A program made the position numbers and the translations under genes. Source: Armatimonadota bacterium (GTDB lineage: Bacteria > Armatimonadota > SYMT01). Taken from it: a DNA stretch of 64,000 nucleotides. Below, piece after piece: positions 38,860 to 49,525 of this stretch (position 1 is its first letter; each line of letters begins with the position of its first letter). The stretch lies in NCBI GenBank assembly GCA_041690135.1, contig JAWLHY010000013.1, forward strand, positions 84,921 to 148,920, read 5' to 3'. A model generated the notes under the pieces. That model was not told the DNA's origin, did no database searches, and was given only the letters and a program-made list of their open reading frames with translations.

Positions 38860-41800
38860 ATGGTTAAAAATCGACACATTGGGAATAAGCTCCGTTGGCC
38901 TCTAATTACTCTCTCCTGCGTAACGGGCGTGGGAGTGACGGTTGGGGGACTGAGAATCCGCGCCCTGATTCAGGACCAGCTTCCGGATATATTGCGAAGC
39001 CGGCTGGAAACGGCGCTCGGACATAAGATCGCATTCGGTGAGTTGACCGTATTGCCGACCGGCGTGTGGGTGAATGACCTGCGCGTGCTGCGGAACGGCA
39101 GTGAGTCCGTAGACCCCCTCTTCGCGCGCCGGGTGGGCGCTTCCCTCGACTGGTGGCAGCTCCTAACGGAGCGCAAGGTACGGATCACCGGCGTCGACGT
39201 GGTTGACGGCAAGGTCCGCCTTTCGCCGGTCGTGGACTCCCGCAAGCGCGAGCCGTGGACGGCCCAGCTTCTTTCCCTTTCTCGTTCGGGCGTCGAGCGG
39301 TTCCGGGTGCGCAACACCTCCGTGGAGATGTTGGGCGGCAATTCCGGGGCATGGGCCGCACGCGGCGTAACCGGCGACCTCGTGGTCCGCCCGGAAGAGT
39401 TTCTCTATCAACTGCGGCTGGCCTCGCTGGCTGCCGCCGGCACGGAAGTCACCGGCCTGCGTCTGGAAGGCACGGGCGACGCGAAGGGCGTGCGCCTGCG
39501 CAAGAGCCTGGCGGAGTACGCGGGTGGCCGCTTCGAGGCGACCGGTACGGTTGCCGCTGAGAAGAATTCCGCGGACCTGAAGGTGCGCGTTCAGCGCCTC
39601 CCGCTCCAGCGCCTGGCTTCGCAGCTTGGCATCCCCGCCGAATGGGCGATGAAGGGTACGATCACCGGCGACGTTACCGTTGGCGCCGATGACAATACCC
39701 TGCGTGCCGTGCGGGGGAAGCTGCACCTGAACCGGGGCTCGTTCTCCCACGACGGTAGCGTATTCCCCTGGTCTGCGGCGGATGCGAAGGTGGATTGGAC
39801 GCCGGAGCGGACCGCCCTACAGGATGTGCGGGTACGTGGTAACGGCCTGGATCTAACCCTGGCGGGCCGGGTCGACCTGGCCAATGGGCAACCGTTCACC
39901 GCCGGCAAGTTCCAGGCCAACGGACAGTTGGTCGCCAGCCGCCGGGAGGCGGTGGCACAGATTGCCGAGCTATTGGCGTTCCGGAAGGCACTGGACGGAC
40001 GGTGGAACGCGGACCGCGCCTCGATCCAGTTCCGGGCCAATGGCACCGTCGGAGAGCTTGCCCGGGCCGCCGCCACCGGAAAGGTCCAGGTAGATGGTCT
40101 GAAGCTCCGGCCGACCCCCGAGAGCGACCAGGTATCCGTGAAGCAGCTTGTTGCCGACCTGGACCGCAATGCGGAACGGCTGGCGCTCACCAACCTGCGC
40201 CTGCGGACCGACGGCGTCTCCGTGGACGGTGGGCTCACACTGACCAACGATCAGCCCAGCGGAACCTTTGCCGCGCAGGGGCGGGCGACCATTCATGACC
40301 TCAAGGCGCTCAAGAAGGCGGTGCCCGAAGCCTCGCTGTGGAAGTGGGTTCCCTCCGTTTCCTCCTCCGCCACCGCGCAGGTGGACTTCAATGTAGGTGG
40401 TCCTGCCGCGGACCTGGCACAGTGGAAGAGCCGGGGGTCTTTCGAGCTGCATAATTTCCGCCTCGGCGCGCGCTCGCCCCTGCCCAATAAGGCGATGTTC
40501 TTCATACCGGTGAACACGGCCGCGGGCGAGTTCCGCCACTCGGGCGCCCAGGTAGACCTTGTCGGTCTCCGCCTCGATACCCCATCGTTCCAGGCGAGCG
40601 GCGAAGTGGGGCTGGGCTTTCACGGTCCGGACCCGGCGTTCCGCACGGCGCTTCGCGTCGTTACCGACGACTGGCGCGCCCTCCCCGCAATGCCCGTCGG
40701 TACGCTGCCGGGTCTGGAGGGTGGGAGATTTGAAGCGGAAGTCCAACTCGCGGGTCTTTATTCCCGCCTCTCGGAAGCCCCGGTGGAGGGCTCGTTCCGG
40801 CTCCTGAATGCCACCTATGCCGTGGGTTCGGAAGCGCCTGAGGGTGTGCAAAGCGCCCGGGAGAAGCAGCCGATTCCGGTCCGCGAGCTGGCGGCCCGGT
40901 TCCGATGGGCCCGCCCGGAAGGCGCAGACCGCTCGGAGCTGAACATTGATTCCCTGAATCTGGACACGCCGGTCTTCACCGCGGAAGCGACTGGCCGCGC
41001 GGTCCCGTCGCCGGATCGCTACGCGCTGGCTCTGGACATCGTGGGCCGCACGGAGAACGCCGGTATCCTGGCCGATCGCCTGGCTCCGGAGCTGAAATTG
41101 TCCGGCGGTAGCGCCGACGTGCGGGTCCAACTGACCAGCCCGCTCGACGGCAGCGAGAGCCCCGTCGTCGCCGGCACGCTGGCGCTGAAGGACGGTCGCC
41201 TCCACCACGCCGCCGAGATCCTGGGCGTGACCGCGGCCGAAGGGCTGGAAGCGCGCGAGTTGAACGTGGATTTCCGTCAGGAAGGCCAGGCGTGGACGGT
41301 GAACCGGGCCGAACTGAACGCCCCCGGCCTCGTCGCGCGGCTGGAAGGCTCTTTCGCGGATGGCAAGATCGATGCCGACCTCGACGCCAGCGTGGCGAGT
41401 TGGGCGGCGTCCGCGAACCTCCCCGTGGCCGGCGGCAGCGTGGCCCTGAAGGGTCGCCTGGCCGGCGCGGCGGCGGAGCCGGAGAAGCTGACCTACAACG
41501 GCAGCCTCTCCCTTACCGGCGCCCAGGCGCGTTACGCCGCGAAGAACGTCTCCGTGGCCGGGGGTCGCCTGAACCTGACCGCCGCCGGCGAAGGGCGGAT
41601 CGCAGACGTGATGAGCTGGCTGCGCTCGGGAACCGTGGAGTTGGCGGGCGTGCAAACGACCCTGGCCGGCAAGTCGCCCCGCACGTTGAACGTGAGCCTG
41701 GCTCCGACGCCGTTCCGCCGCGAAGGGGCGGGCTTTGCCTGGAAGAATGCCCGCCTGACCACCGGAACCCTCGCCGCGACGCTCGCCGGCCAGTGGAACC

Positions 41801-43581
41801 CGGACCGTCACCAGGTGAGCATCAAGACCCGCGTGCGGGACCTGGCGGAGCTCGGCGTGACCCTCCCGCAGGGGGTGAGTGCCGCGGAGTACGCCGTGCA
41901 GGCCACCCTGGAAGGGACGGCGAAGGAACTGCTCCGGAAGGCCGAGGGAACGGTGGAGCTCACCGGCGTGCGGTTTGCGCCGCAGGGAGCTCCCGCGCAG
42001 GCACTGGACCGCGTGACCGGCGAGCTGAAGTACGCGGACGGCGGCCTCCGGTTCAACAACGTAAAGGGTGAAGGCCCCGCGGGCGTCCTCACGGCGAGCG
42101 GCGAGTGGTCGAAGGCCCGGCGCCAGATCGCGGTGACCCTGGCTGGAGATGACTTCTCCCGCCTGGGTTACGCACTGCCCGAAGGTTTCCGGATTGGGGG
42201 CTACCGGCTCCAGGCGGACGTGACCGGCTCGGAGCAGGCTCCCCTGTCGAAGGCCGTGGGCACGCTGCAGGTGAAGGGTGCCCAATTCCCCTTCGGGCCG
42301 GGCCAGCCGCACCACATCGAGACGGGCTCCACGAAGGTCGCCTTCGACGGAAAGCGCGTGACCCTGACCGACCTGGTGCTGGACGGCGGCGTGGGGCGGT
42401 TCACCGGAACCGGCGAACTGGCCGGCGGGAACTACCGATTAGCCCTGGCCTCCGACGCGGCGAACGGCGACCTGGTGCGGTGGCTGGTCCCCGGCAAGGT
42501 CGCGGGCGGCCATCTCTCCGGCACCGTGGTGCTCGAAGGAAACGGCAAGCAGCCCATGAGCCAGATTTCGGGGCGGTTCGTGGTGAAGAACGCCACCTAC
42601 ACGCTGCCGAAGGAGCTGGGACTGCTGGGCAGCCCGGCTCGGATCGAGCAACTGGCCGGCGACTACCGCTGGAAGGACGGCCGAACCACGCTGAACGGTC
42701 TGCAACTGGCCTCGGACCTGGGCAACGGCACCGGAACGCTTACCGTAGCGGACGCGCGCGGCGAGATGACCGCCGAGCTCAAGACCGCCAATGCCGGCCG
42801 GATCTCCGACTTCTGGCCCGTGCTCCTGGGCCGGCTGAAGGGCGGCGCCGGTGAGGGTTCCCTCCGGGCGACCTTCGACAAGACGGGCATCCGCGGCACG
42901 ATTGCGCTGCGGGCGCAGGGCGGCACCGCAGTGGTCCCGGGCGCGCCGGCCGAGTATGCCGAGCATCCCATTGAGACCGCGAGCATGCTCCTGGGCTTCG
43001 AACCGGGCAAGCTGACATTCACCGACGTGAAGATGCGCGGACCGAAGGCCAACGTGGACGGAAACGGCGCCTGGGCCGACGGCGGAACGGTGTTCGGCAA
43101 AGGCAAGGCGTGGTTCTCCAAGAGCTACACGTCGAAACTGATCAAGCCGAGCGGCTGGGGCTGGCTGGCCAAGCTGGTGGGGATCCGCGAGATCAAGAGC
43201 GACTTCACGGTCAGCGGTACCTCCGACCGGGTGATGCTGAACGCCGGCATCACGAAGGGGCTGATGTGGAAGTTCGCCAAGGGCCGCGTGCCGAAGGAGT
43301 TCCAGCAGATCGCCTCCGGCAAGAGCCCGCTATGGGTGGCCACCGTGGAAGACGGCGCCTCGGTAGCGACGACCCAGAGCACGCCGGCCAAGCCGAAGCA
43401 GGAAGTACCTGCTCCGGTGGCTCCCGCCCCGGCGATGCCTGCTTCCGAAAAGCCGCAGCCACAACTCGCGCCGGCCGCCGCGGCCGCCAAGCCCGCGGAA
43501 CCGACCGTGGCGGGCGCCTCGCCGGCGGAACCGGTCGAAGCGGACCCACAGGGCGAGGCAGGTCCGAGCGCCAGCCTGTAA
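38860..43581 (+). CDS. AsmA/TamB-like membrane-anchored beta-taco protein
   Basis: 1573 aa, single N-terminal TM segment, continuous alternating amphipathic beta strands, internal repeats. Confidence 0.75.
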   Translation: MVKNRHIGNKLRWPLITLSCVTGVGVTVGGLRIRALIQDQLPDILRSRLETALGHKIAFGELTVLPTGVWVNDLRVLRNGSESVDPLFARRVGASLDWWQLLTERKVRITGVDVVDGKVRLSPVVDSRKREPWTAQLLSLSRSGVERFRVRNTSVEMLGGNSGAWAARGVTGDLVVRPEEFLYQLRLASLAAAGTEVTGLRLEGTGDAKGVRLRKSLAEYAGGRFEATGTVAAEKNSADLKVRVQRLPLQRLASQLGIPAEWAMKGTITGDVTVGADDNTLRAVRGKLHLNRGSFSHDGSVFPWSAADAKVDWTPERTALQDVRVRGNGLDLTLAGRVDLANGQPFTAGKFQANGQLVASRREAVAQIAELLAFRKALDGRWNADRASIQFRANGTVGELARAAATGKVQVDGLKLRPTPESDQVSVKQLVADLDRNAERLALTNLRLRTDGVSVDGGLTLTNDQPSGTFAAQGRATIHDLKALKKAVPEASLWKWVPSVSSSATAQVDFNVGGPAADLAQWKSRGSFELHNFRLGARSPLPNKAMFFIPVNTAAGEFRHSGAQVDLVGLRLDTPSFQASGEVGLGFHGPDPAFRTALRVVTDDWRALPAMPVGTLPGLEGGRFEAEVQLAGLYSRLSEAPVEGSFRLLNATYAVGSEAPEGVQSAREKQPIPVRELAARFRWARPEGADRSELNIDSLNLDTPVFTAEATGRAVPSPDRYALALDIVGRTENAGILADRLAPELKLSGGSADVRVQLTSPLDGSESPVVAGTLALKDGRLHHAAEILGVTAAEGLEARELNVDFRQEGQAWTVNRAELNAPGLVARLEGSFADGKIDADLDASVASWAASANLPVAGGSVALKGRLAGAAAEPEKLTYNGSLSLTGAQARYAAKNVSVAGGRLNLTAAGEGRIADVMSWLRSGTVELAGVQTTLAGKSPRTLNVSLAPTPFRREGAGFAWKNARLTTGTLAATLAGQWNPDRHQVSIKTRVRDLAELGVTLPQGVSAAEYAVQATLEGTAKELLRKAEGTVELTGVRFAPQGAPAQALDRVTGELKYADGGLRFNNVKGEGPAGVLTASGEWSKARRQIAVTLAGDDFSRLGYALPEGFRIGGYRLQADVTGSEQAPLSKAVGTLQVKGAQFPFGPGQPHHIETGSTKVAFDGKRVTLTDLVLDGGVGRFTGTGELAGGNYRLALASDAANGDLVRWLVPGKVAGGHLSGTVVLEGNGKQPMSQISGRFVVKNATYTLPKELGLLGSPARIEQLAGDYRWKDGRTTLNGLQLASDLGNGTGTLTVADARGEMTAELKTANAGRISDFWPVLLGRLKGGAGEGSLRATFDKTGIRGTIALRAQGGTAVVPGAPAEYAEHPIETASMLLGFEPGKLTFTDVKMRGPKANVDGNGAWADGGTVFGKGKAWFSKSYTSKLIKPSGWGWLAKLVGIREIKSDFTVSGTSDRVMLNAGITKGLMWKFAKGRVPKEFQQIASGKSPLWVATVEDGASVATTQSTPAKPKQEVPAPVAPAPAMPASEKPQPQLAPAAAAAKPAEPTVAGASPAEPVEADPQGEAGPSASL

Positions 43582-43612
43582 GAAGTCCGCTCATCAGGAG
43601 TTAACATTGCTC

Positions 43613-43651
43613 AGAGGGGAGACCGGCAGCCGCCGGACTCCCCTCTTTTTT
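43613..43651 (+). terminator. intrinsic terminator
   Basis: AGAGGGGAGACCGGC / GCCGGACTCCCCTCT followed by T tract. Confidence 0.85.
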
Positions 43652-43826
43652 GCCTGGAGCGCGCTTTGCCTCCATCCCACCAGGTCGTCGGAGGGTTTAC
43701 GGGCAGGCGCCGTGTGGGAGTAGTCATTCGGGAGTGGAACTACCCGGACTTTTGCACCCGGTGATAAGACAGGTGGGGTGCGCCGGGGGAGACTCCGGCG
43801 ATCGTACGACGAACAGGAGGGATACG

Positions 43827-44744
43827 ATGCAACGCCGCCACCTGCTCTTGCTGCTGCTCTCACTGCCGCTTCTTTGCGTGGCACGCGTGAGCGCCGCGGC
43901 CCCCGCTCTCGACCTCCAGCCCCTGATGGGCCGGGACTTCGAGGGCTTCGAGGCGGTGCTGGGGCCGCCCGTGCGGACGCTCCCGCACGGTTCGCGGGAA
44001 TACCGGGCGCCAGGCCTGGAGAAGGTGTTCCTCGCGCGGACCGGAACCCCCCAGCAGCCCATGATGAACGTGATCCTGGTATTCCCGCGGGATACCGGAA
44101 CCACGTGGCAGAACGCGCTGAGTCGCGTGGGGCTCTCCCCGGAAAGCCTCCGCCCCGTGCGGGCCGCGGGCACCCTGAACCTGACCCGTGGAGAGGAATA
44201 CTACTGCTACCTTCCGCCCGCTAAAGGCCGGAAGGTCACCCAGCGGAACGTCAGCTTTGACGGCGCGATCCATCTCTTCCGGGGCAGCCCCAACCCAACC
44301 CAGTTCGCGCTGCTCCTCGTGGAGACCCCCATCATCGTAGGGCGCCTCACTCCCATGGATCTCCGGACAGCCCTCGGAAAGGGGTTCGAGGCCTACGAAG
44401 CGTTCCTCGGGGAAGCGGCGGAGCGGCTGGAGGAGAACGGGAGCGAGCGACGTCTCTATCGACGCGAAGGCCTGACCCGCCTCCAGTTGCAGCGGTCCAA
44501 TGCTGCTTTCGTAACGGAAGTCCAGGTCGGGTTCTCCAACGAGCAGGTCGGGAGTTGGAAGGAAGCCCTGATGCAGGTTGGCTTACCGACAGAGGGCGTA
44601 TCGGCATCGAAGACCGACTACACCTACACCCTGGAGGGTGCGCTGCCCGCCGGCTGGAGCCTAACGTGGGTGCCGAACAACCCCGAGCATCCGGGGGAGC
44701 ACACGCTCATCCTGGCGATGGAGCCGGGTAGGGAGATGCCGTAG
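43827..44744 (+). CDS. secreted hypothetical protein with an internally duplicated domain
   Basis: AGGAGG RBS, signal peptide; DLQPLMGRDFEGFEAVLG vs DLRTALGKGFEAYEAFLG; WQNALSRVGL vs WKEALMQVGL. Confidence 0.75.
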   Translation: MQRRHLLLLLLSLPLLCVARVSAAAPALDLQPLMGRDFEGFEAVLGPPVRTLPHGSREYRAPGLEKVFLARTGTPQQPMMNVILVFPRDTGTTWQNALSRVGLSPESLRPVRAAGTLNLTRGEEYYCYLPPAKGRKVTQRNVSFDGAIHLFRGSPNPTQFALLLVETPIIVGRLTPMDLRTALGKGFEAYEAFLGEAAERLEENGSERRLYRREGLTRLQLQRSNAAFVTEVQVGFSNEQVGSWKEALMQVGLPTEGVSASKTDYTYTLEGALPAGWSLTWVPNNPEHPGEHTLILAMEPGREMP

Positions 44745-44850
44745 GAAGTGCGAGGTCGCCCTGATGGCGTGCCGGGTGTCGCCGCGAAGGCACGTGCCCC
44801 GAGTGGGACGAAGAAGAGATGCAACGGCGACCGCTCAGGGTGAGGATTGT

Positions 44851-45552
44851 TTATCCCGCAGATGCCACCCGGGTAGCGAATTCCGCATGTTCCGGGGTGC
44901 CGATTCCCTGCTGGAGGACGCGCAGAACTCCAGCGAGATCTCCCTGGATCAGGGCTCGCGGATCGAGCCAGAGACCCGGAAAGACTTCGCTGCGGTAGAT
45001 GCCGTCCGGCGGTGGAGTAACTAGAACGTATTCCCCGCCCTGGAGCACGAACCAGTCGACTTCACGGTCGAGGACCCGCCACACCACGTACTCGCGAACT
45101 CCTTTGCGGCGGTAGGCGACGCGCTTCTTGTGCAGGTCCATACTGACGGTGCTCGCTGCCACCTCTACCACCAACTCCGGAGCCCCGGCCACATAGTCGT
45201 CGGTATCGATGATCGTCTGTCCGCCCAGTGAAGGAGGGAGCATCAGGAGGACGTCCGGCTGTGGCTCGTTATCGAGATCCAGACGTATGGAGCCGTCAGT
45301 ACCGATCCGCACCCCAGGAGTAGCGGCTTTGTAAACACCCAGCCATGTGGTGATGTGGGCGTGCGGCTCCGAGTGTGCGTTGAAATGGACAGGGGAGGGC
45401 ATGTAAACGACCCCTTCGATCAGTTCCGCTTTCTTGATGCCCGGCATGGCCGCATAGCGGCGCTCGAACTCATCGCGAGAGAGGTGGTCGCCGTTCTGGA
45501 GAGGCGGAACCTGGGGTCCCGGCGGTTGGATCGGAGAAGGCGCAAGTGCCAT
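44851..45552 (-). CDS. Uma2 family endonuclease
   Basis: AELIEGVVYM, QPDV, APELVVEVA, GVREYVVW. Confidence 0.9.
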   Translation of the reverse strand: MALAPSPIQPPGPQVPPLQNGDHLSRDEFERRYAAMPGIKKAELIEGVVYMPSPVHFNAHSEPHAHITTWLGVYKAATPGVRIGTDGSIRLDLDNEPQPDVLLMLPPSLGGQTIIDTDDYVAGAPELVVEVAASTVSMDLHKKRVAYRRKGVREYVVWRVLDREVDWFVLQGGEYVLVTPPPDGIYRSEVFPGLWLDPRALIQGDLAGVLRVLQQGIGTPEHAEFATRVASAG

Positions 45553-45778
45553 TTCACTTCCTTTCGGCGGTCGGATGCCTGGAGTATTGTACTCGAGCGA
45601 GCGGTACTTGCACAAACCCGGGACGGACCGCCGTAGGCGCGGAAAAGGGGGATCCGGAGAAGAAGGAGCCTGGTAGGTCGAAGGCTTATGTATGGAAGGA
45701 TTGGGTCGTGTGTGGGCGAGTCCCTTCTCGCACATCCTCCAACCGGACCTCCTTATCTGACCCGAGATACGACTCCCG

Positions 45779-47200
45779 ATGGCCTCCACTCCAGATTCTG
45801 CCTGTCCACCCTCCGTTTCCGGGTGCAACCGACCGTCTCCCACCCTGCCGCGCGTTGGAAAGTGTCGTCGCCGTGCGTGGGGTGCCTGGCTTGTACTGGC
45901 CTCCATGGCCCTCTCCCCCACCCCGATGTGGGCGGAAGGTGCGGAGGGTACTCCCGAGCCGACCGTGGCTTACATCGCCGGGAATGTCTCGTTGGAGAGG
46001 GTGATTGTCACTCTCTTCAAGCAGGCAGATCGGGCCTACCGGGTGGAAGGCCGGGTCCCCTCGGCAAGCGTTACGGTGGCTTTGAACGGGGTTCCGCTCA
46101 CCACCGCACTGAAGCGGCTCGCCGCGGAAGCCGGTTCGACTCTGGAGATCAAGATGATGGGTGACACCTACATCTTGACCTGGAAAGGGCCGGAGGCTGC
46201 TACGCCGGCTCCGGTGACCGGATCTCCTGTTCCGGAAGCACCGGCCGATCCGCCCGTACTTCCGCCGCTGCCGCCCCAGTTTCCCGAGATCCGGTACGAC
46301 GTGAAGGGGATCCCGATCGTGCCGATGGTCTTCCCGGTCCTGGGGAACGTCTCCTGGAGCGACACCTGGGGAGCACCGCGGGGCGGTGGGACGCGCAAGC
46401 ACCAGGGCCAGGATCTGATGGCGCCCAAGATGCGCCCGCTGGTGGCGGCGTTCGACGGGGTCGTGTACCTGAGCCCCCGTCCGAGCCACTATACGATCTC
46501 GCTGCGGAGCGACTTCGGTTACAGTGCCGCCTACATGCACGTGAACAACGACACCCCCGGCACGGACGACGGTCAGGGCGGACTGGAGTACGCGTTCGCC
46601 CCTGGGCTGAAGTCAGGTGACCGGGTGGTCGCGGGACAGCTTCTCGGCTGGGTGGGCGACAGCGGCAATGCGGAGAGTACTGCTCCCCACTGCCACTTCG
46701 AGTTGAGCGGTCCCGAAGGCGTGTTCAATGCTGCGGCGTCCCTGCGTTCCGCGGTGAAGATCGAGGCTCCATTGGTGAACGTCCCCGACCTCGCGGAAGA
46801 ACCCGCGCCAGGGGAGACCCGCTGGGACGGCATCGTCCGGGAGTTTCAGCCGGAGTGGAACCTGGCTGTGATTGACCTCATCGCGCACGGGTCGTCGCGG
46901 AACAAGATGACGGCGGTGACCACCCCCCACCGGCAATGGGTCCGCCTGGGGAAGGCGCGCATTATCCTGCCGGGCGAACCGGTTGCCGGCTGCGAGCCCA
47001 CCGCAATCCTGCCCAACACATTGACGCCGGGGATGCGGGTCACCATTTTCGGCGAGGCGGGACCGAAAGGCAAGGCGGGGACCGCTAGGGTGGCGGTGCT
47101 CCATTCCGCGCCCCCGATGGTGGCCAGCCGGAGGATGGATACTCCGATGGTCGCCATGCCGGCGGTGTCGGATGGGGCCGCAATGGTAAACGGCCGGTGA
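45779..47200 (+). CDS. M23 metallopeptidase with N-terminal secretin/STN-like segment
   Basis: HQGQD (HxxxD), YMH, GDSGNA..TAPHCHF (HxH); start uncertain. Confidence 0.8.
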   Translation: MASTPDSACPPSVSGCNRPSPTLPRVGKCRRRAWGAWLVLASMALSPTPMWAEGAEGTPEPTVAYIAGNVSLERVIVTLFKQADRAYRVEGRVPSASVTVALNGVPLTTALKRLAAEAGSTLEIKMMGDTYILTWKGPEAATPAPVTGSPVPEAPADPPVLPPLPPQFPEIRYDVKGIPIVPMVFPVLGNVSWSDTWGAPRGGGTRKHQGQDLMAPKMRPLVAAFDGVVYLSPRPSHYTISLRSDFGYSAAYMHVNNDTPGTDDGQGGLEYAFAPGLKSGDRVVAGQLLGWVGDSGNAESTAPHCHFELSGPEGVFNAAASLRSAVKIEAPLVNVPDLAEEPAPGETRWDGIVREFQPEWNLAVIDLIAHGSSRNKMTAVTTPHRQWVRLGKARIILPGEPVAGCEPTAILPNTLTPGMRVTIFGEAGPKGKAGTARVAVLHSAPPMVASRRMDTPMVAMPAVSDGAAMVNGR

Positions 47201-47371
47201 GCCTGGATCGCACGGGTCCGCCTCTCCCGGCACCACCGAATTCCGCCGAGCCAGTTGTCTTAGTCGCGTAACGTTCGGGTAACGCCCGCAATATAACGTT
47301 AAGGAGAGTTCAAGCCCCCGTAGTACATATTCTCCTTCGCCGTCACGCCCGCCAGACCCGTACATTCCTCA

Positions 47372-48319
47372 ATGCAGCACCGGTTGTGTCGAGTAGAAAT
47401 GCTTGGTGGGCTGACACTTTACCGCGACCGCGACCGCATTCCCCTGGGTCGAGTGGTCAATGCCGCTCGCTTACTGGCGTATCTGGCGTATCATCTCGGT
47501 CGCGAACTGCCGCGAGAGCACCTCCGGGAGATTCTGTGGCCTGACGACGAGTTTGACGACAAGCATGACGACGGCCCACCGGACCGCCGCGGAAACCTCC
47601 GGCGGGCTTTACACGACTTGCGACGTCTCCTTACTCCGGCCGGACAAGAGTGCACGACCGTTTTGCGCACGGACGGGGACCGCGTCTACCTGGACCCGGA
47701 GGCGGTCAGCACCGACGTAGCGGAGTTCCGTAACGCTTGGCGATTGGCGACACGCCATCCCAGTATTCTCCGTGGGGGGGCGCCACAAGGTGAGGAACCG
47801 AAGGAGTTACCCTCATTCGCCGATGGCCCGGGGTGCGGAGCCGTGGCACCGCAGAGCGAACCTTCGGACACATCCCAGGTGCGCGTCCTGACCGAAGCCA
47901 TAGAACTGTATCAGGGCCGGTTTCTGCTTGGTTACTCAGATAGATGGATCGAGGCTGCGGCGGAAGAGCTAGAGGTTATCTATCGCAAGGCGCTTCGCCA
48001 ACTCCTGACTTCCCTGCGGGAATCGAACCCCCAACAAGCCTTCGTCTATGCGCAGAAGGCCCTGGAAACGAGTTACCGGGATGAAGAAGACTACCTGGCA
48101 GCCATGCGCCTGGCTCTCGATCTGGGCCGCGCCGATCGTACGCTGTCCCTCCACCGCGAATTAGCGCGTTGGCTCGCCCGGATTCCCGGCCGAAATCCCG
48201 GCGATGAGGCCCAGCAACTGCTGGCGGAGGCACGGCGGCGAGAAGACGTCCGGGTATCGGAAGACGGATACCGTCCGCACCCGGTCACTGGAATAAAAGG
48301 TTACTCGGCCCCCAAGTAA
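47372..48319 (+). CDS. SARP-like transcriptional activator (wHTH + BTAD)
   Basis: LLAYLA..REHL..ILWP, LRRAL..LRR, TDVAEF, LYQGRFL.GY.D.W. Confidence 0.8.
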   Translation: MQHRLCRVEMLGGLTLYRDRDRIPLGRVVNAARLLAYLAYHLGRELPREHLREILWPDDEFDDKHDDGPPDRRGNLRRALHDLRRLLTPAGQECTTVLRTDGDRVYLDPEAVSTDVAEFRNAWRLATRHPSILRGGAPQGEEPKELPSFADGPGCGAVAPQSEPSDTSQVRVLTEAIELYQGRFLLGYSDRWIEAAAEELEVIYRKALRQLLTSLRESNPQQAFVYAQKALETSYRDEEDYLAAMRLALDLGRADRTLSLHRELARWLARIPGRNPGDEAQQLLAEARRREDVRVSEDGYRPHPVTGIKGYSAPK

Positions 48320-48457
48320 CGGACAGGTAACGCTCTCCTGTTAAAGTGTTCCCATCGAGGTGGATGTACCCTCACCGCTATGCCGTTCCAGAGGAGAGTG
48401 CGGTAGCGCGATTCGCCTCGTTCTACTTTGAAATCCCTTGAAGCGAAGGCAAGACAA

Positions 48458-49351
48458 ATGAAACACCTTAACGAGCACTTGTCGTTGGCAAACCGTCCAG
48501 GCATTCATTCGATTTCCAGGTGTGCGTACGCCTGGATCCTCGCCGTGCCTGTCTTGGGGAGTGCGGCGCCTGCGGCCGCCCAGTGCGCCAATTTCGCGCG
48601 AACCACGGACACTATCCGCGTAGCGGGGGATATCGCCCTGGGAAACCAGGCCACCTATGAGGCCCGGGTGCTGTTCACTGCTCCTGGTGCCGAGGGCAAC
48701 ATCTTCAACGAATGGATCCAATCCGAGAAGGACCGGATTCTACAGGGCAGTCAATCCACGGTGTGGGCTTACACACACAACACGGCAGGCCCCTCACACC
48801 TGGAAGCGGCCGTCTCGCTGAACGACAACGCCTTCCACCATCTTGCCTATGTCCTGAGTGCAGGGACGGAGACCCTGTTCCTTGACGGCGCCGTGGTTGC
48901 GCAGCGGGCCGCTGGTGGCGGCGTAGGAAACGGGACCGGAAGCATTGCCACCGTTGGGGCGATTTCTCGCGACGTTTTCTTCCCCTCGTTTCTCGGCAAA
49001 ATCGATACGCTGCGGATCTCCTCCACGGCGCGCTACACCTCCAGCTTTGCACCACCGGGAGGTGATCTTGGCAGCGATGCCTTCACGGAGTTGCTCTACA
49101 ACTTCAATGAGGCCGAAGGGAGCACTACAATCTCCGACCTGAGCGGCAAAGGTCACACCGGCACCCTAGGCGTTGGGTTCACGGGCGCCACGGCCCCTAC
49201 CCTTGGGGGTTCCGACACCATCGTCGTACCGGAGGGAGGCTCATTCCCGCTGTTCGGTGCAGGCATCGCAGCCCTGGCACTGCTCCGCCTGCGTCGCGGG
49301 CGGACAACGCACGACTCGAGTGAATGCCGCGAGCCAGATGATCTTGCGTAA
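48458..49351 (+). CDS. LamG/ConA-like protein with PEP-CTERM-like sorting signal
   Basis: FHHLAYV..LFLDG..F.GKID.LRIS; C-terminal VPEG + hydrophobic stretch + RLRR. Confidence 0.8.
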   Translation: MKHLNEHLSLANRPGIHSISRCAYAWILAVPVLGSAAPAAAQCANFARTTDTIRVAGDIALGNQATYEARVLFTAPGAEGNIFNEWIQSEKDRILQGSQSTVWAYTHNTAGPSHLEAAVSLNDNAFHHLAYVLSAGTETLFLDGAVVAQRAAGGGVGNGTGSIATVGAISRDVFFPSFLGKIDTLRISSTARYTSSFAPPGGDLGSDAFTELLYNFNEAEGSTTISDLSGKGHTGTLGVGFTGATAPTLGGSDTIVVPEGGSFPLFGAGIAALALLRLRRGRTTHDSSECREPDDLA

Positions 49352-49525
49352 ACAATGCCCTGGGGGTTAAATGACCACCAGATCTAGCATGGCAATCAGT
49401 ACACCGTCGTGGAGAGGTGCTCGCATCAATAGCTGTCCTCGTCACGCAGGCGATCGATCAGATCGTTGGTGACAGGTCCATCCCGGCTGGCGAACGGTCG
49501 GAACCCGCAGACCTCCTCCACGTGT

